From assembly GCF_039654945.1 (NCBI RefSeq), contig NW_027361807.1, positions 496,001 through 560,000 on the forward strand: 64,000 bases of DNA, read 5' to 3'. A model generated the notes under the pieces. It was not told where the DNA came from. It did no database searches and was given only the letters and a program-made list of their open reading frames with translations. The DNA is from Dendrobates tinctorius (taxonomy: Eukaryota). This document shows, in pieces, positions 1 through 12,469 of this stretch. Positions within the stretch are counted from its first letter, which is position 1; each line of letters starts with the position of its first letter. The translations under genes and the position numbers were made by a program.

Positions 1-460
1 ATAAGATTACACCTTACGTTCTGCCTGTCACAAAAGATTTACAACAGGATTTGTCCGCGTTCAGTTTGGCCTGCAGCAGCAGGCATTTTCCAGGGGCACC
101 ACGAGGAGGAACGGACTCACCGCCATTTACTGCTTAGTCTTCTTCTGCTTATAATTTTGATTTCTTCTATGCTGATTTTTTGTCTTATGCTTAATGTTCT
201 TCTGCTTTCTGTTCTTCTGCTTTTGCTTCTTCTGCTTCTTGTTCTTCTGTCTTTTGTTCTGTATCTTGGTGGTTGTCTTCATGTTCTTTGTCCTCTTGGT
301 CTTATTATTTAGGGTCATATTTCTGGTCTTCTTTGGTGTGGTCTTCAGGGTTGTCATCATCAGGGTCATCGTCATGGAGATGAATAAGGATTACCAAAGA
401 CAATTTCAAAAAGCTTGATCTTGGAAATGTAGCAGAAGGTACAAGAAGGCTGAGAAACTG

Positions 461-1500
461 GCGAGAACCAGCAGACAGTGCTGGCACCCGGATGGGTAGC
501 AGAAGGAACAAGAGCCAATGGCACTACCGAGGACCAACTGACGGTGCTGGACCACGGTTACTAAGCAGAAGGTACCTGTGCTAAAAAGCACTACCAAGGA
601 CCAGCTGATGGTGCTGGACCTCGGATACCGAGATGGAGGCACCTAGGCCAAAGGCTGTGGCGAGAACCAGCAGACAGTGCTGGCACCCGGATGGGTAGCA
701 GAAGGTACAAGAGCCAATGGCACTACCGAGGACCAACTGACGGTGCTGGACCACGGTTACTAAGCAGAAGGTACCTGTGCTAAAAAGCACTACCAAGGAC
801 CAGCTGACGGTTCTGGACCTCGGATACCGAGATGGAGGCACCTAGGCCAAAGGCTGTGGCGAGAACCAGCAGACAGTGCTGGCACCCGGATGGGTAGCAG
901 AAGGAACAAGAGCCAATGGCACTACCGAGGACCAACTGACGGTGCTGGACCACGGTTACTAAGCAGAAGGTACCTGTGCTAAAAAGCACTACCAAGGACC
1001 AGCTGACGGTGCTGGACCTCGGATACCGAGATGGAGGCACCTAGGCAAAAGGCTGTGGCGAGAACCAGCAGACAGTGCTGGCACCCGGATGGGTAGCAGA
1101 AGGAACAAGAGCCAATGGCACTACCGAGGACCAACTGACGGTGCTGGACCACGGTTACTAAGCAGAAGGTACCTGTGCTAAAAAGCACTACCAAGGACCA
1201 GCTGACGGTGCTGGACCTCGGATACCGAGATGGAGGCACCTAGGCCAAAGGCTGTGGCGAGATCCAGCAGACAGTGCTGGCACCCGGATGGGTAGCAGAA
1301 GGAACAAGAGCCAATGGCACTACCGAGGACCAACTGACGGTGCTGGACCACGGTTACTAAGCAGAAGGTACCTGTGCTAAAAAGCACTACCAAGGACCAG
1401 CTGACGGTGCTGGACCTCGGATACCGAGATGGAGGCACCTAGGCCAAAGGCTCTGGCGAGAACCAGCAGACAGTGCTGGAACCCGGGTGGGTAGCAGAAG
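461..1500. repeat. Tandem array of about five 199-bp units
   Basis: GGCGAGAACCAGCAGACAGTGCTGG recurs at about 461, 659, 858, 1057, 1256 and 1455; near-identical spurious ORFs recur every 199 bp. Confidence 0.95.
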
Positions 1501-2340
1501 GTACCCATTGAAAGCAAAGTAGCCAGGCCGCAAGCCGGCCGCTGTTACCGAAACCCACAGTCCTACAGGGGGTCCATGTCCCATTAGCACTATGGATCCA
1601 GCCTTCAGTGCCAGTTCCCGCAGCCCACATAGGAGTCACCTAAACTGCAGGCACCGTAGAGTCGGCTAACCCGGCCGCAAGACGACAGGACAACGGATTG
1701 GTGGCATTGACCTTGACACTACCCGGAAACAGCAGGCGTGCTTGAACCAGGCTGGGCAACAGGGAGTCCCCGTGCCAAAGACACTGCCAAGAACCAGCTG
1801 ACGGTGCTGGAACCCAGATGGGTAGCAAAAGCTACAAGAGCCAATGGCACTACCGAGGAACAGCTGACGGTGCTGGACCACGGTTACTAGGCAGGAGGTA
1901 CCTGTGCTAGAAAGCACTACCAAAGACCAGCTGACGGTGCTGGACCTCGGATACCGAGATGGAGGCACCTAGGCCAAAGGCTCTGGCGAGAACCAGCAGA
2001 CAGTGCTGGAACCCGGGTGGGTAGCAGAAGGTACCCATTGAAAGCAAAGTAGCTAGGCCGCAAGCCGGCCGCAGTTACCGAAACCCACAGTCCTACAGGG
2101 GGTCCATGTCTCATTGGCACTACGGATCCAGCCTTCAGTGCCAGTTCCCGCAGCCCACATAGGAGTCACCAAAACTGCAGGCACCGTAGAGTCAGCTAAC
2201 CCGGCCACAAGACGACAGGACAACGGATTGGTGGCATAGTGACCTTGACAGTACCCGGAAACAGCAGGCGTGCTGGAACCAGGCTGGGCAACAGGGAGTC
2301 CCTGTGCCAAAGACACTGCCGAGCACCAACTGGCGTTGTT
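1387..2340. repeat. 530-bp tandem duplication derived partly from the 199-bp unit
   Basis: Sequence at 1387-1800 reappears at 1917-2330 (offset 530). Confidence 0.9.
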
Positions 2341-5300
2341 GGAGCCCAGGGACAATCATGGTGTAGGCCGAGGCCTACTTGGTGGTAGTTTTAGATTGTT
2401 TGTAGGCTACAACAGACTGTCAACGTGCTCCAATTAGGCATCTGTCTCCACTCTGTTTCCAGGATTTCACGTGACCACCAACACCGCCAGTTTATGCGTA
2501 CAGCAGCCGTCTGCCCAATCCACACGTGTTGCTGTGTTACTGGGATTCTGTAATGTCAGCAGATCCCCTGATGTGTGTCTGCCACTGTCTCCTGCTCTGT
2601 CCACATTCCCACCGTTTGCAGTGGGAAGGTGGACAGCGCAGGAGACAGTGGTGGACACATATTGGGGGATCTGCTGACGTTACAGAACCCCAGTAACACA
2701 GGAACACGTGTGGAATGCGTGGACGGCAACTGTGAGCAGGAACTGGCGGTGTTGGAGGTCAGGGGAAATACTAGAGACAGAGTGGAGACAGAGGCCAAAT
2801 CAGAGAATGTTTAAATCTGAAGTAGTTACAATTTGGAGGCAGCAGCAGTTTGCCCTCCACACTGCAGGGGATCAGCTGACGTTACTGACCCCCACTTTCA
2901 CATGAACGAGTGTGTTTTTCTGTGTGGACAGCACTTCCGAGCACCAACTAGCATTGTTGGAGCCCAGGGAGAACCAGGGTGCAGGCCGAGGCATACTTGG
3001 TGGCAGTTTTACATTGTTTGTAGGCTACAACAGACTGTCAACATGCTCCAATTAGGCATCTGTCTCCACTCTGTTTCCAGGATTTCACGTGACTACCAAC
3101 ACCGCCAGTTTATGCGTACAGTAGCCGTCTGCCCAATCCACACGTGTCCCTGTGTTACTGGTGTTCTGTAATGTCAGCAGATCCCCTGATGTGTGTCTGC
3201 CACTGTCTCCTGCTCTGTCCACCTTCCCACCGCTTGCAGTGGGAAGGTGGACAGCGCAGGAGACAGTGGCGGACACATATCGGGGGATCTGCTGACGTTA
3301 CAGAACCCCAGTAGCACAGGAACACGTGTGGAATGCGTGGACAGCAACTGTGAGCAGGAACTGGTGGTGTTGGAGGTCAGGGGAAATACTAGAGACAGAG
3401 TGGAGACAGAGGCCAAATCAGAGAATGTTTAAATCTTAAGTAGTTACAATTTGGAGGCAGCAGCAGGTTTGCCCTCCACACAGCAGGGGATCAGCTGACG
3501 TTACTGAACCCCACTTTAACATGAACGAGTGTGTTTTTCTGTGTGGACAGCACTTCCGAGCACCAACTAGCGTTGTTGGAGCCCAGGGAGAACCAGGGTG
3601 CAGGCCAAGGCCTACTAGGAGCCAGGTGTAAAGCTGAGGTATTTTGACTTTGGAGGGAGCAGGACACTTTGCCCTCCACACAGCAGGGGATCAGCTGACG
3701 TTACTGACCCCCACTTTCACATGAACGAGTGTGTTTTTCTGTGTGGACAGCACTTCCGAGCACCAACTAGCGTTGTTGGAGCCCAGGGAGAACCAGGGTG
3801 CAGGCCGAGGCCTACTTGGTGGCAGTTTCACATTGTTTGTAGGCTACAACAGACTGTCAACGTGCTCCAATTAGGCATCTGTCTCCACTCTGTTTCCAGG
3901 ATTTCACGTGACTACCAACACCGCCAGTTTATGCGTACAGTAGCCGTCTGCCCAATCCACACGTGTTCCTGTGTTACTGGTGTTCTGTAATGTCAGCAGA
4001 TCCCCTGATGTTTGTCTGCCAATGTCTCCTGCTCTGTCCACATTCCCACCACTTGCAGTGGGAAGGTGGACAGCGCAGGAGACAGTGCCGGACACACATT
4101 GGGGGATCAGCTCACATTACAGAACACCAGGAACACAGGAACAAGTGTGGAATGCGTGGACGGCAACTGTGAGCAGGAACTGGCGGTGTTGGAGGTCAGG
4201 GGAAATACTAGAGACAGAGTGGAGACAGAGGCCAAATCAGAGAATGTTTAAATCTGAAGTAGTTACAATTTGGAGGCAGCAGCAGTTTGCCCTCCACACA
4301 GCAGGGGATCAGCTGACGTTACTGAACCCCACTTTCACATGAACGAGTGTGTTTTTCTGTGTGGACAGCACTTCCGAGCACCAACTAGCGTTGTTGGAGC
4401 CCAGGGAGAACCAGGGTGCAGGCCGAGGCCTACTAGGAGCCAGGTGTAAAGCTGAGGAATTTTGACTTTGGAGGTAGCAGGACACTTTGCCCTCCACACA
4501 GCAGGGGATCAGCTGACGTTACTGACCCCCACTTTCACATGAACGAGTGTGTTTTTCTGTGTGGACAGCACTTCCGAGCACCAACTAGCGTTGTTGGAGC
4601 CCAGGGAGAACCAGGGTGCAGGCCGAGGCCTACTTGGTGGCATTTTTACATTGTTTGTAGGCTACAACAGACTGTCAACGTGCTCCAATTAGGCATCTGT
4701 CTCCACTCTGTTTCCAGGATTTCACATGACTACCAACACCGCCAGTTTATGCGTACAGTAGCCGTCTGCCCAATCCACACGTGTTCCTGTGTTACTGGTG
4801 TTCTGAAATGTCAGCAGATCCCCTGATGTTTGTCTGCCAATGTCTCCTGCTCTGTCCACATTCCCACCACTTGCAGTGGGAAGGTGGACAGCGCAGGAGA
4901 CAGTGCCGGACACACATTGGGGGATCAGCTCACGTTACAGAACTCCAGGAACACAGGAACAAGTGTGGAATGCGTGGACGGCAACTGTGAGCAGGAACTG
5001 GCGGTGTTGGAGGTCAGGGGAAATACTAGAGACAGAGTGGAGACAGAGGCCAAATCAGAGAATGTTTAAATCTGAAGTAGTTACAATTTGGAGGCAGCAG
5101 CAGTTTGCCCTCCACACAGCAGGGGATCAGCTGACGTTACTGAACCCCACTTTCACATGAACGAGTGTGTTTTTCTGTGTGGACAGCACTTCCTAGCACC
5201 AACTGGCGGTGTTGGAGCCCAGGGACAATCATGGTGCAGGCCGAGGCCTACTAGGAGCCAGGTGTAAAGCTGAGGTATTTTGACTTTGGAGGGAGCAGGA

Positions 5301-8080
5301 CACTTTGCCCTCCACACAGCAGGGGATCAGCCGACGTTACCGAACCCCATTTTCACATGAACGAGTGTGTTTGTTTCTGTATGGACGGCACTTCCGAGCA
5401 ACAACTGACGATGTTGGAGCCCAGGGATAGTCATTTTGTAGGCTGAGGCCTACTTGGAGGCAGTTTAAGATAAGACGTTGTTTGAATTTGGAGGCAGCAG
5501 CAGTTTGCCCTCCACACAGCAGGGGATCAGCTGACGTTACCGAACCCCACTTTCACATGAACGAGTGTGTTTTTCTGTGTGGACAGCACTTCCGAGCACC
5601 AACTGGCGTCGGAGCCCAGGGAAAATGAGGTAGTAGGCCGAGGCCTACTTGGAGCCAGGTGTAAACCTGAGGTTGTTTGACTGTGGAGGGAGCAGGACAC
5701 TTTGCCATACACACAGCAGGGGATCAGCTAACGTTACCGAACCCCACTTACACATGAGCGAGTGTTTTGTCTGTGCGGACAGCACTTCTGAGCACCAACT
5801 GGCGGTGTCGGAGCCCAGGGAAAATCAGGTAGTAGGCCGAGGCCTACTTGGTGACAGTTTGCGATTGTTTCTAGACTACTACTAACTGTCAACGTACTCC
5901 AATTAGGCCTCTGTCTTCACTCTGTTTCGAGTATTTCCGCTGGCTTCCAACCACGCCAGTTGCTGCTCTGAAATGCCGTCTGCACAACCCACACTTGTTC
6001 CTGTGTTACTGGGGTTCTGTAACAGCAGCTTCTCCCTAGAGGTGAGCCAGGCAATGTCTCCTGCTCTGTCCACATTTCCACTACAAGTAGTGGGAATGTA
6101 GACAAAGCAGGAGACATTGCCGTGCTCAACTCTGGAGATGAGCAGATGTTACAGGACCCAGGTACCACAGGAACAAGTGTGGATTGTGCAGACGGCACTT
6201 GAGAGCAGAAACAGGCATTGTTGTAGGCCGGAGGAAATACTCAAAACAGAGTGGAGACAGAGGGCAAATCAGAGAACATATTAAATCAGAGGTAGTCAGA
6301 AGTTGTAGGCAGCAGGAGAGTTTGCCGTACACACAGCAGGGGATCAGCTGACGTTACCGAACCCCACTTACACATGAGCGAGTGTTTTGTCTGTGCGGAC
6401 AGCACTTCCGAGCACCAACTGGCGTTGTCGGAGCCCAGGAAAAATGAGGTAGTAGGCCGAGGCCTACTTGGAGCCAGGTGTAAATCTGAGGTTGTTTGAC
6501 TGTGGAGGGAGCAGGACACTTTGCCATACACACAGCAGGGGATCAGCTGACATTACCGAACCCCACTCACACATGAGCGAGTGTTTTGTCTGTGCGGACA
6601 GCACTTCTGAGCACCAACTGGCGGTGTCGGAGCCCAGGGAAAATCAGGTAGTAGGCCGAGGCCTACTTGGTGGCAGTTTGCGATTGTTTCTAGACTACTA
6701 CTAACTGTCAACGTACTCCAATTAGGCCTCTGTCTTCACTCTGTTTTGAGTATTTCCGCTGGCTTCCAACCATGCCAGTTGCTGCTCTGAAATGCCGTCT
6801 GCACAACCCACACTTGTTCCTGTGTTACTGGGGTTCTGTAGCAGCAGCTTCTCCCTAGAGGTGAGTCAGGCAATGTCTCCTGCTCTGTCCACATTTCCAC
6901 TACAAGTAGTGGGAATGTAGACAAAGCAGGAGACATTGCCGTGCTCAACTCTGGAGATGAGCAGATGTTACAGGACCCAGGTACCACAGGAACAAGTGTG
7001 GATTGTGCAGACGGCACTTGAGAGCAGAAACAGGCGTTGTTGTAGGCCGGAGGAAATACTCAAAACAGAGTGGAGACAGAGGGCAAATCAGAGAACATAT
7101 TAAATCAGAGGTAGTCAGAAGTTGTAGGCAGCAAGAGAGTTTGCCGTACACACAGCAGGGGATCAGCTGACGTTACCGAACCCCACTTACACATGAGCGA
7201 GTGTTTTGTCTGTGCGGACAGCACTTCCGAGCACCAACTGGCGTTGTCGGAGCCCAGGGAAAATGAGGTAGTAGGCCGAGGCCTACTTGGAGCCAGGTGT
7301 AAATCTGAGGTTGTTTGACTGTGGAGGGAGCAGGACACTTTGCCATACACACAGCAGGGGATCAGCTGACGTTACCGAACCCCACTTACACGTGAGCGAG
7401 TGTTTTGTCTGTGCGGACAGCACTTCTGAGCACCAACTGGCGGTGTCGGAGCCCAGGGAAAATCAGGTAGTAGGCCGAGGCCTACTTGGTGGCAGTTTGC
7501 GATTGTTTCTAGACTACTACTAACTGTCAACGTACTCCAATTAGGCCTCTGTCTTCACTCTGTTTCGAGTATTTCCGCTGGCTTCCAACCACGCCAGTTG
7601 CTGCTCTGAAATGCCGTCTGCACAACCCACACTTGTTCCTGTGTTACTGGGGATCTGTAACAGCAACTTCTCCCTAGAGGTGAGTCAGGCAATGTCTCCT
7701 GCTCTGTCCACATTTCCACTACAAGTAGTGGGAATGTAGACAAAGCAGGAGACATTGCCGTGCTCAACTCTGGAGATGAGCAGATGTTACAGGACCCAGG
7801 TACCACAGGAACAAGTGTGGATTGTGCAGACGGCACTTGAGAGCAGAAACAGGCGGTGTTGTAGGCCGGAGGAAATACTCAAAACAGAGTGGAGACAGAG
7901 GGCAAATCAGAGAACATATTAAATCAGAGGTAGTCAGAAGTTGTAGGCAGCAGGAGAGTTTGCCGTACACGCAGCAGGGGATCAGCTGACGTTACTGAAC
8001 CCCACTTACACATGAGCGAGTGTTTTGTCTGTGCGGACAGCACTTCTGAGCAACAACGGGCGTTGCTGTAGCCCAGGAAA
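2340..8080. repeat. Higher-order tandem array (618-bp then 818/819-bp units) built from ~200-bp monomers; each unit contains a ~350-bp imperfect palindrome
   Basis: Offsets 2467>3085 (618), 3085>3904 (819), 3904>4722 (818), 5917>6736>7555 (819). Monomer landmark GGGGATCAGCTGACGTTAC. Inverted pair TCTGTCTCCACTCTGT...ACAGAGTGGAGACAGA within each unit. Confidence 0.92.
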
Positions 8081-8144
8081 TAAAGTTCAGGTCATAGAAA
8101 CATGAACACAACAGGAGACCTGGATCCTGTTGCCAGCCAATTAT

Positions 8145-11100
8145 TTATTCTGGAAGAGGACTGGCAAATTCAGGTGAGATCCAGGCCTTGTTCATTTTCA
8201 CAAAAGTAAGCCGGTCAACATTATCGGCGGATAGTCGCGTGCGACGGTCTGTTACCACACCACCTGCAGCACTAAAGACACGTTCCGATAATACACTGGC
8301 AGCAGGGCAAGCCAGCACCTCCAATGCATACTGGCTAAGCTCTGGCCATGTATCCAGCTTAGAGACCCAATACTTGAACGGGGAAGAGCCGTCTGGGAGA
8401 ACACTAACAGGGCACGACAAGTAGTCTGTCACCATCTGACGGAAACGTTGCCTCCTGCTGACTGGAGCTGTCTGTGATGGTGTAGCCGTTTGTGGCGGTC
8501 CCACAAAACTTTTCCACATTTGGGCCATACTGGCCTTGCCTTGTCCTGCGGCACTGCCTCTGCTACCTCTTTGTGCAGAGCTTCCTCCACTGCCTCTACC
8601 CACATGGCTGCTTTGAAAAGCATTACCAGCAACACTTGTGGGGGGAATGGAGAACATGATGGCCTGCACAAGTGTTTCTTGGTACTCCCGCATTTTTCGC
8701 TCCCGGTTCAACTGTGGTATGAGGTTTTGTAAGTTGTCCCGGTAGCGAGGATCTAGGAGGGTGTACACCCAATAATCAGCCGTGTGGAGAATGTTGGCGA
8801 TGCGGCGGTCATTTAACAAGCACTGCAGCATGAAATCAACCATGTGCTGCAGACTGCCAACTGGACCGGAAACCCTGTCCCCAGCTTGAGGCAGCATCTC
8901 TGCCTGCTCAGCATCACCCCACCCTCGCTGTACACACTGACTACTAGAGCCTTGTGTACCTCCCTCCTCTGGAGAGATGTGTTCCTCCTCCTCCATTGAC
9001 TCCTCGTCATCCTCCTCACTAAGTGTCCCCTGCCTGGGCCTTTGTGTGGAAGCACGTTGCGCAGACTTGCCAGAAGCAGATGGCATTTCTGACTGCTCAT
9101 CCTCGACCTCTTCAAAAACCTCCTCACTTGATGCTTGTAAGGTTTTTTGAAGCAGAGAGATGAGGGGGACAGTCATGCTGATTAGTGCATCATCTGCACT
9201 GGCCATCCGCGTGGAGTCATCGAAGGCACGCAAAACTTGGCAGATGTCCCTCATAGTGGCCCACTCAGTGGTGGTGAAGTGTGTCCGGCGCACAGTGCGA
9301 CTTGTTTGCGCCTGATGCAGCTGGTACTCCATTACTGCTGCCTGCTGCTCACACAACCGCTCCAACATATGTAACGTTGAATTCCACCTGGTGGGGAGGT
9401 CACATATGATGCGATGTTCTGGCAGGCGGAATCGGCGTTGCAGAGATGCAATGCGTAATCTTGCCATGCTGGAACGCCGCAAGTGAGCACACTCTAGGCG
9501 AGCCTTGTGCAGCAGTGCATCAAGATCCGGATAGTCCCTCAGAAAGCTCTGCACGACCAAATTGAGCACGTGTGCCAGACATGGTATGTGAGTGAGGTTG
9601 CCTAGGCCCAGAGCTGCCACTAGATTTCGGCCATTGTCACTCACTACCAAACCTGGCTGGAGATTCGCTGGCACAAACCACACATCGCTCTCCTGCTTGA
9701 TGGCATTCCAGAGCTCCTGTGCTGTGTGGCTCCGATTCCTCAAAGAAATTAATTTAAGGACGGCCTGTTGACGTTTGGCCACACCTGTGCTCATATCTGG
9801 CCTAACAGGCTCACGCAGTGCTGATTCCGAGGAACTAGAGTAGGAGGAGGACTCAATATGTACAGACTGCATTCCTGCAATCCTTGGAGTTGGCAGAATA
9901 CGTACAGAGCCACTCTCCAGATCTGTACCCGGCTCCACAACATTGACCCAATGGGCAGTGAGGGAAAGGTATCGTCCCTGTCCATGGCTACTGGTCCACG
10001 CATCGGTGGTCAGGTGGACCTTGCTACTGACGGCATTTAGTAGCGCATTTTTAATTTTTCCCTCCACATGCTTTTGCGGGGCAGGGACAGCTTGCCTGCT
10101 GAAATAAAAGCAGCTGGGCACATTGTATTGTGGAACTGCCAATGACATAAAGTTCCGGAATGTGTCAGTCTCCACCAGCCTGAATGACAGCATCTCAAGG
10201 GCCAGTAGTTTGGCAATGCCGGCATTCAGAGCCAGTGCTCGGGGATGGTTTGCCGAGTATGGCCACTTTTTCTCCCATGCCTGTGCTGCCGATTGCTGGT
10301 GAGTGGCCTGGGAGGGTGCTGATGACTGCGAACGTGGTTCAGTGGGTGGAATTTCACTGGGTCTCTGGACAACAGTGGCAGTGGTTCTTCCATGGCGTTC
10401 CAGTGAGGAAGCCGAACCAGCTGTGTGTGAGCTGGAGGAAGAGGCCCCAACACGAGCTGAAGAGGTGGTAGGTGCTGCTGAAGGTTGGCCTACATCTTCA
10501 GTGTGTCTGTGTAACTCCACCTCGTGCTTGGTACGCACATGTTTCCACATATTTGTGGTATTGAGGTTGCTCACATTTTTCCCTCGTTTCACTTTCTGAT
10601 GACACAGCTTGCATTTGACAAAGCAAATGTCATCTGCAACTGTGTCAAAAAAAGACCACGCACTGCAAGTCCTGGGAGCGCCCGTTTTGTGTTTTGGAAG
10701 AGGATTGCTCCTCACGGGTGCCAAAGTGGAGGCTACAGGCAACGAAGTCTGCCCCCGCCCTCTCCCTCCTCTTTTGGCCGTTCGGGGAATCTCTTCCTCA
10801 GAGCTGCTCCCACCACCTTCCTGTGGCTGACGCCATGATGGGTCAAGGACCTCATCATTTCCACTCCCCTCTTCAAGCACCGGCTGGTCCTGGGTTGTCT
10901 CACCAGCACCGTACGCACCAGAAATTGGCAACTGAGTCTCATCATCATCTGATGCATACTGAGGTGTGCTGACCATAGGCACTGGCCCACCCGCCTCTTC
11001 AGATTCAGAGGGACAAAGCAGTTGCGCATCACTGCATACTCCCTCTTCTTCACGCTCTAGAATGCTGCTTGGCTGGCCACCTCTTTCCAAGCCAACAGAT

Positions 11101-11552
11101 TCTGAGAACAGAAGTAAAGATCGAGATGGCTCCTGTCCAGGGCTCTCAGACTGCCTGGGCAATTTGGCAGGTGGTGAAGAGACAGATGGTTGCTCTTCAG
11201 TGCTCTGGCCTTGGGAGGATGCGGAAGTCATTGAAGTGGATGCGTTAGCTGCCATCCATCCGACAACGGCTTCAATTTGTTCGTCACGCAGCAGTGGGGT
11301 ACGGCGAGGTCCTACAAAGCTGCGCATGAAGGACTGTTGCCTGGTAAAAGTGGGGGATGCCGGGTCACTGGTGGCCGCAGCAGATACCGAATCCCCACGT
11401 CCTCTCCCTGCTGAATCCCCCCATCCTCTCCCTGCTGAAACTCCACGGCCACGACCACGTGCCTTACTCCCTGCCTTCTTTATCTTGGTAGACTGATAAA
11501 GATAGGCAGAAAAGTAAAAAAGGGGTGGCTTAGTGTTCTTATTCCTGAACAC
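8145..11552 (-). CDS. hAT transposase with N-terminal BED zinc finger and C-terminal hAT dimerisation domain (ZBED-like); ORF uninterrupted, true start uncertain
   Basis: 1135-aa ORF. BED finger AWSFF...CKLC...TTNMWKHVRTKH; catalytic D in LTTDAWTS; second D in VSDNGRN; CxxH (CLAH); DLPTRWNST; catalytic E in CPAASVLSERVFSAAG; RG-rich N-terminus. The track start is a GTG upstream of a splice-acceptor-like tract. Confidence 0.95.
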   Translation of the reverse strand: MFRNKNTKPPLFYFSAYLYQSTKIKKAGSKARGRGRGVSAGRGWGDSAGRGRGDSVSAAATSDPASPTFTRQQSFMRSFVGPRRTPLLRDEQIEAVVGWMAANASTSMTSASSQGQSTEEQPSVSSPPAKLPRQSESPGQEPSRSLLLFSESVGLERGGQPSSILEREEEGVCSDAQLLCPSESEEAGGPVPMVSTPQYASDDDETQLPISGAYGAGETTQDQPVLEEGSGNDEVLDPSWRQPQEGGGSSSEEEIPRTAKRGGRGRGQTSLPVASTLAPVRSNPLPKHKTGAPRTCSAWSFFDTVADDICFVKCKLCHQKVKRGKNVSNLNTTNMWKHVRTKHEVELHRHTEDVGQPSAAPTTSSARVGASSSSSHTAGSASSLERHGRTTATVVQRPSEIPPTEPRSQSSAPSQATHQQSAAQAWEKKWPYSANHPRALALNAGIAKLLALEMLSFRLVETDTFRNFMSLAVPQYNVPSCFYFSRQAVPAPQKHVEGKIKNALLNAVSSKVHLTTDAWTSSHGQGRYLSLTAHWVNVVEPGTDLESGSVRILPTPRIAGMQSVHIESSSYSSSSESALREPVRPDMSTGVAKRQQAVLKLISLRNRSHTAQELWNAIKQESDVWFVPANLQPGLVVSDNGRNLVAALGLGNLTHIPCLAHVLNLVVQSFLRDYPDLDALLHKARLECAHLRRSSMARLRIASLQRRFRLPEHRIICDLPTRWNSTLHMLERLCEQQAAVMEYQLHQAQTSRTVRRTHFTTTEWATMRDICQVLRAFDDSTRMASADDALISMTVPLISLLQKTLQASSEEVFEEVEDEQSEMPSASGKSAQRASTQRPRQGTLSEEDDEESMEEEEHISPEEGGTQGSSSQCVQRGWGDAEQAEMLPQAGDRVSGPVGSLQHMVDFMLQCLLNDRRIANILHTADYWVYTLLDPRYRDNLQNLIPQLNRERKMREYQETLVQAIMFSIPPTSVAGNAFQSSHVGRGSGGSSAQRGSRGSAAGQGKASMAQMWKSFVGPPQTATPSQTAPVSRRQRFRQMVTDYLSCPVSVLPDGSSPFKYWVSKLDTWPELSQYALEVLACPAASVLSERVFSAAGGVVTDRRTRLSADNVDRLTFVKMNKAWISPEFASPLPE

Positions 11553-12469
11553 CTGCTAACCAGTGTAAGAAACACTAATTTGGCTAAGAGTGTGTGTACT
11601 ACACTTTAATATGATCTAATGTGGCCTAGACAACTGTAAAGTGGAGTGTTTGGTGAACTTTATTTCCTTTTTTTTTTTTGGGTGGGGGGAAAGGAAAGGA
11701 TGTGACCAAAGTTTGAAAGCTATAGTATCACAAACTTTTTGGAGCGATTACAATGCAGGAAGCTAACCTACAATGCAATTGATGAGGCTCCAAAAAATAG
11801 GGTGATACTAGCCTGGCTGGCCCTGAAGGGCACAAGCCAGCAAAAAGGCTCTTCTATCTAATCCTATATAGTGTTTGCAACCAACCAATGACAATGGATG
11901 CGGTTGGAAGCACACTAATATAGGAGCAAATATCTGGCTAAATTTGCTGCAAAAAAAGGACTATGTATGAGGCAGTGACGCACGCTGAGTGTACTACAGC
12001 TAGCGGTGGCTGTAGAACACACTGAAACGTGAGCTGCACTCACACACAGAGAGACCTATCAGACAGCCAAAAACAGTGCAGAGAAATGGGCTATAGCACT
12101 GAAAGGCTGCTGAAAGGCTCCGCTGTCCACTCCTTTAGTGTTTGCAACCGTGTATGGATACGTATGGAAGCACACTATACAGGAGAAAAAAAAAGCAGCA
12201 ATAAAAGAAAAATGTGTATGAGGCAGAGACACACGCTGGCCGGCCTACAAGCAGATGTGCCTGCAGGACACACTACACAGCGTGGGTCTGCACTCACACA
12301 GCCCTTGCAGACAGCTGTGAAAACAGCGCTGCTAGGGAAAAGCAAGCTACAGTGGTGGTTTATGTAGCCTGGATAAAGCACAATATTGTTTTTAGAATCT
12401 CTGTTTCTAACTGTCCCTCACAGTCTTCAACAGCAGCCTGTCCCTAACTGAATTCACAGCAGAGTGACC

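Noticed and set aside
461-1500. CRISPR-like regular repeats
   Set aside because: Whole units are duplicated with no unique spacers; eukaryotic context; no cas genes.
1545-1640. Twister- or hammerhead-like appearance (GAAAC...GTC; GCCAGTTCCCGCAGCCC)
   Set aside because: Could not assemble the required core boxes or pseudoknot pairings.
406-7970. Many repeated 60-120 aa ORFs
   Set aside because: They recur with the tandem-repeat period on both strands and have no recognisable domain; artefacts of the arrays.
8145-11552. Domesticated host ZBED4/ZBED6 gene
   Set aside because: A single BED finger and an adjacent transposon terminus with subterminal repeats favour a mobile copy; no symbol assigned.
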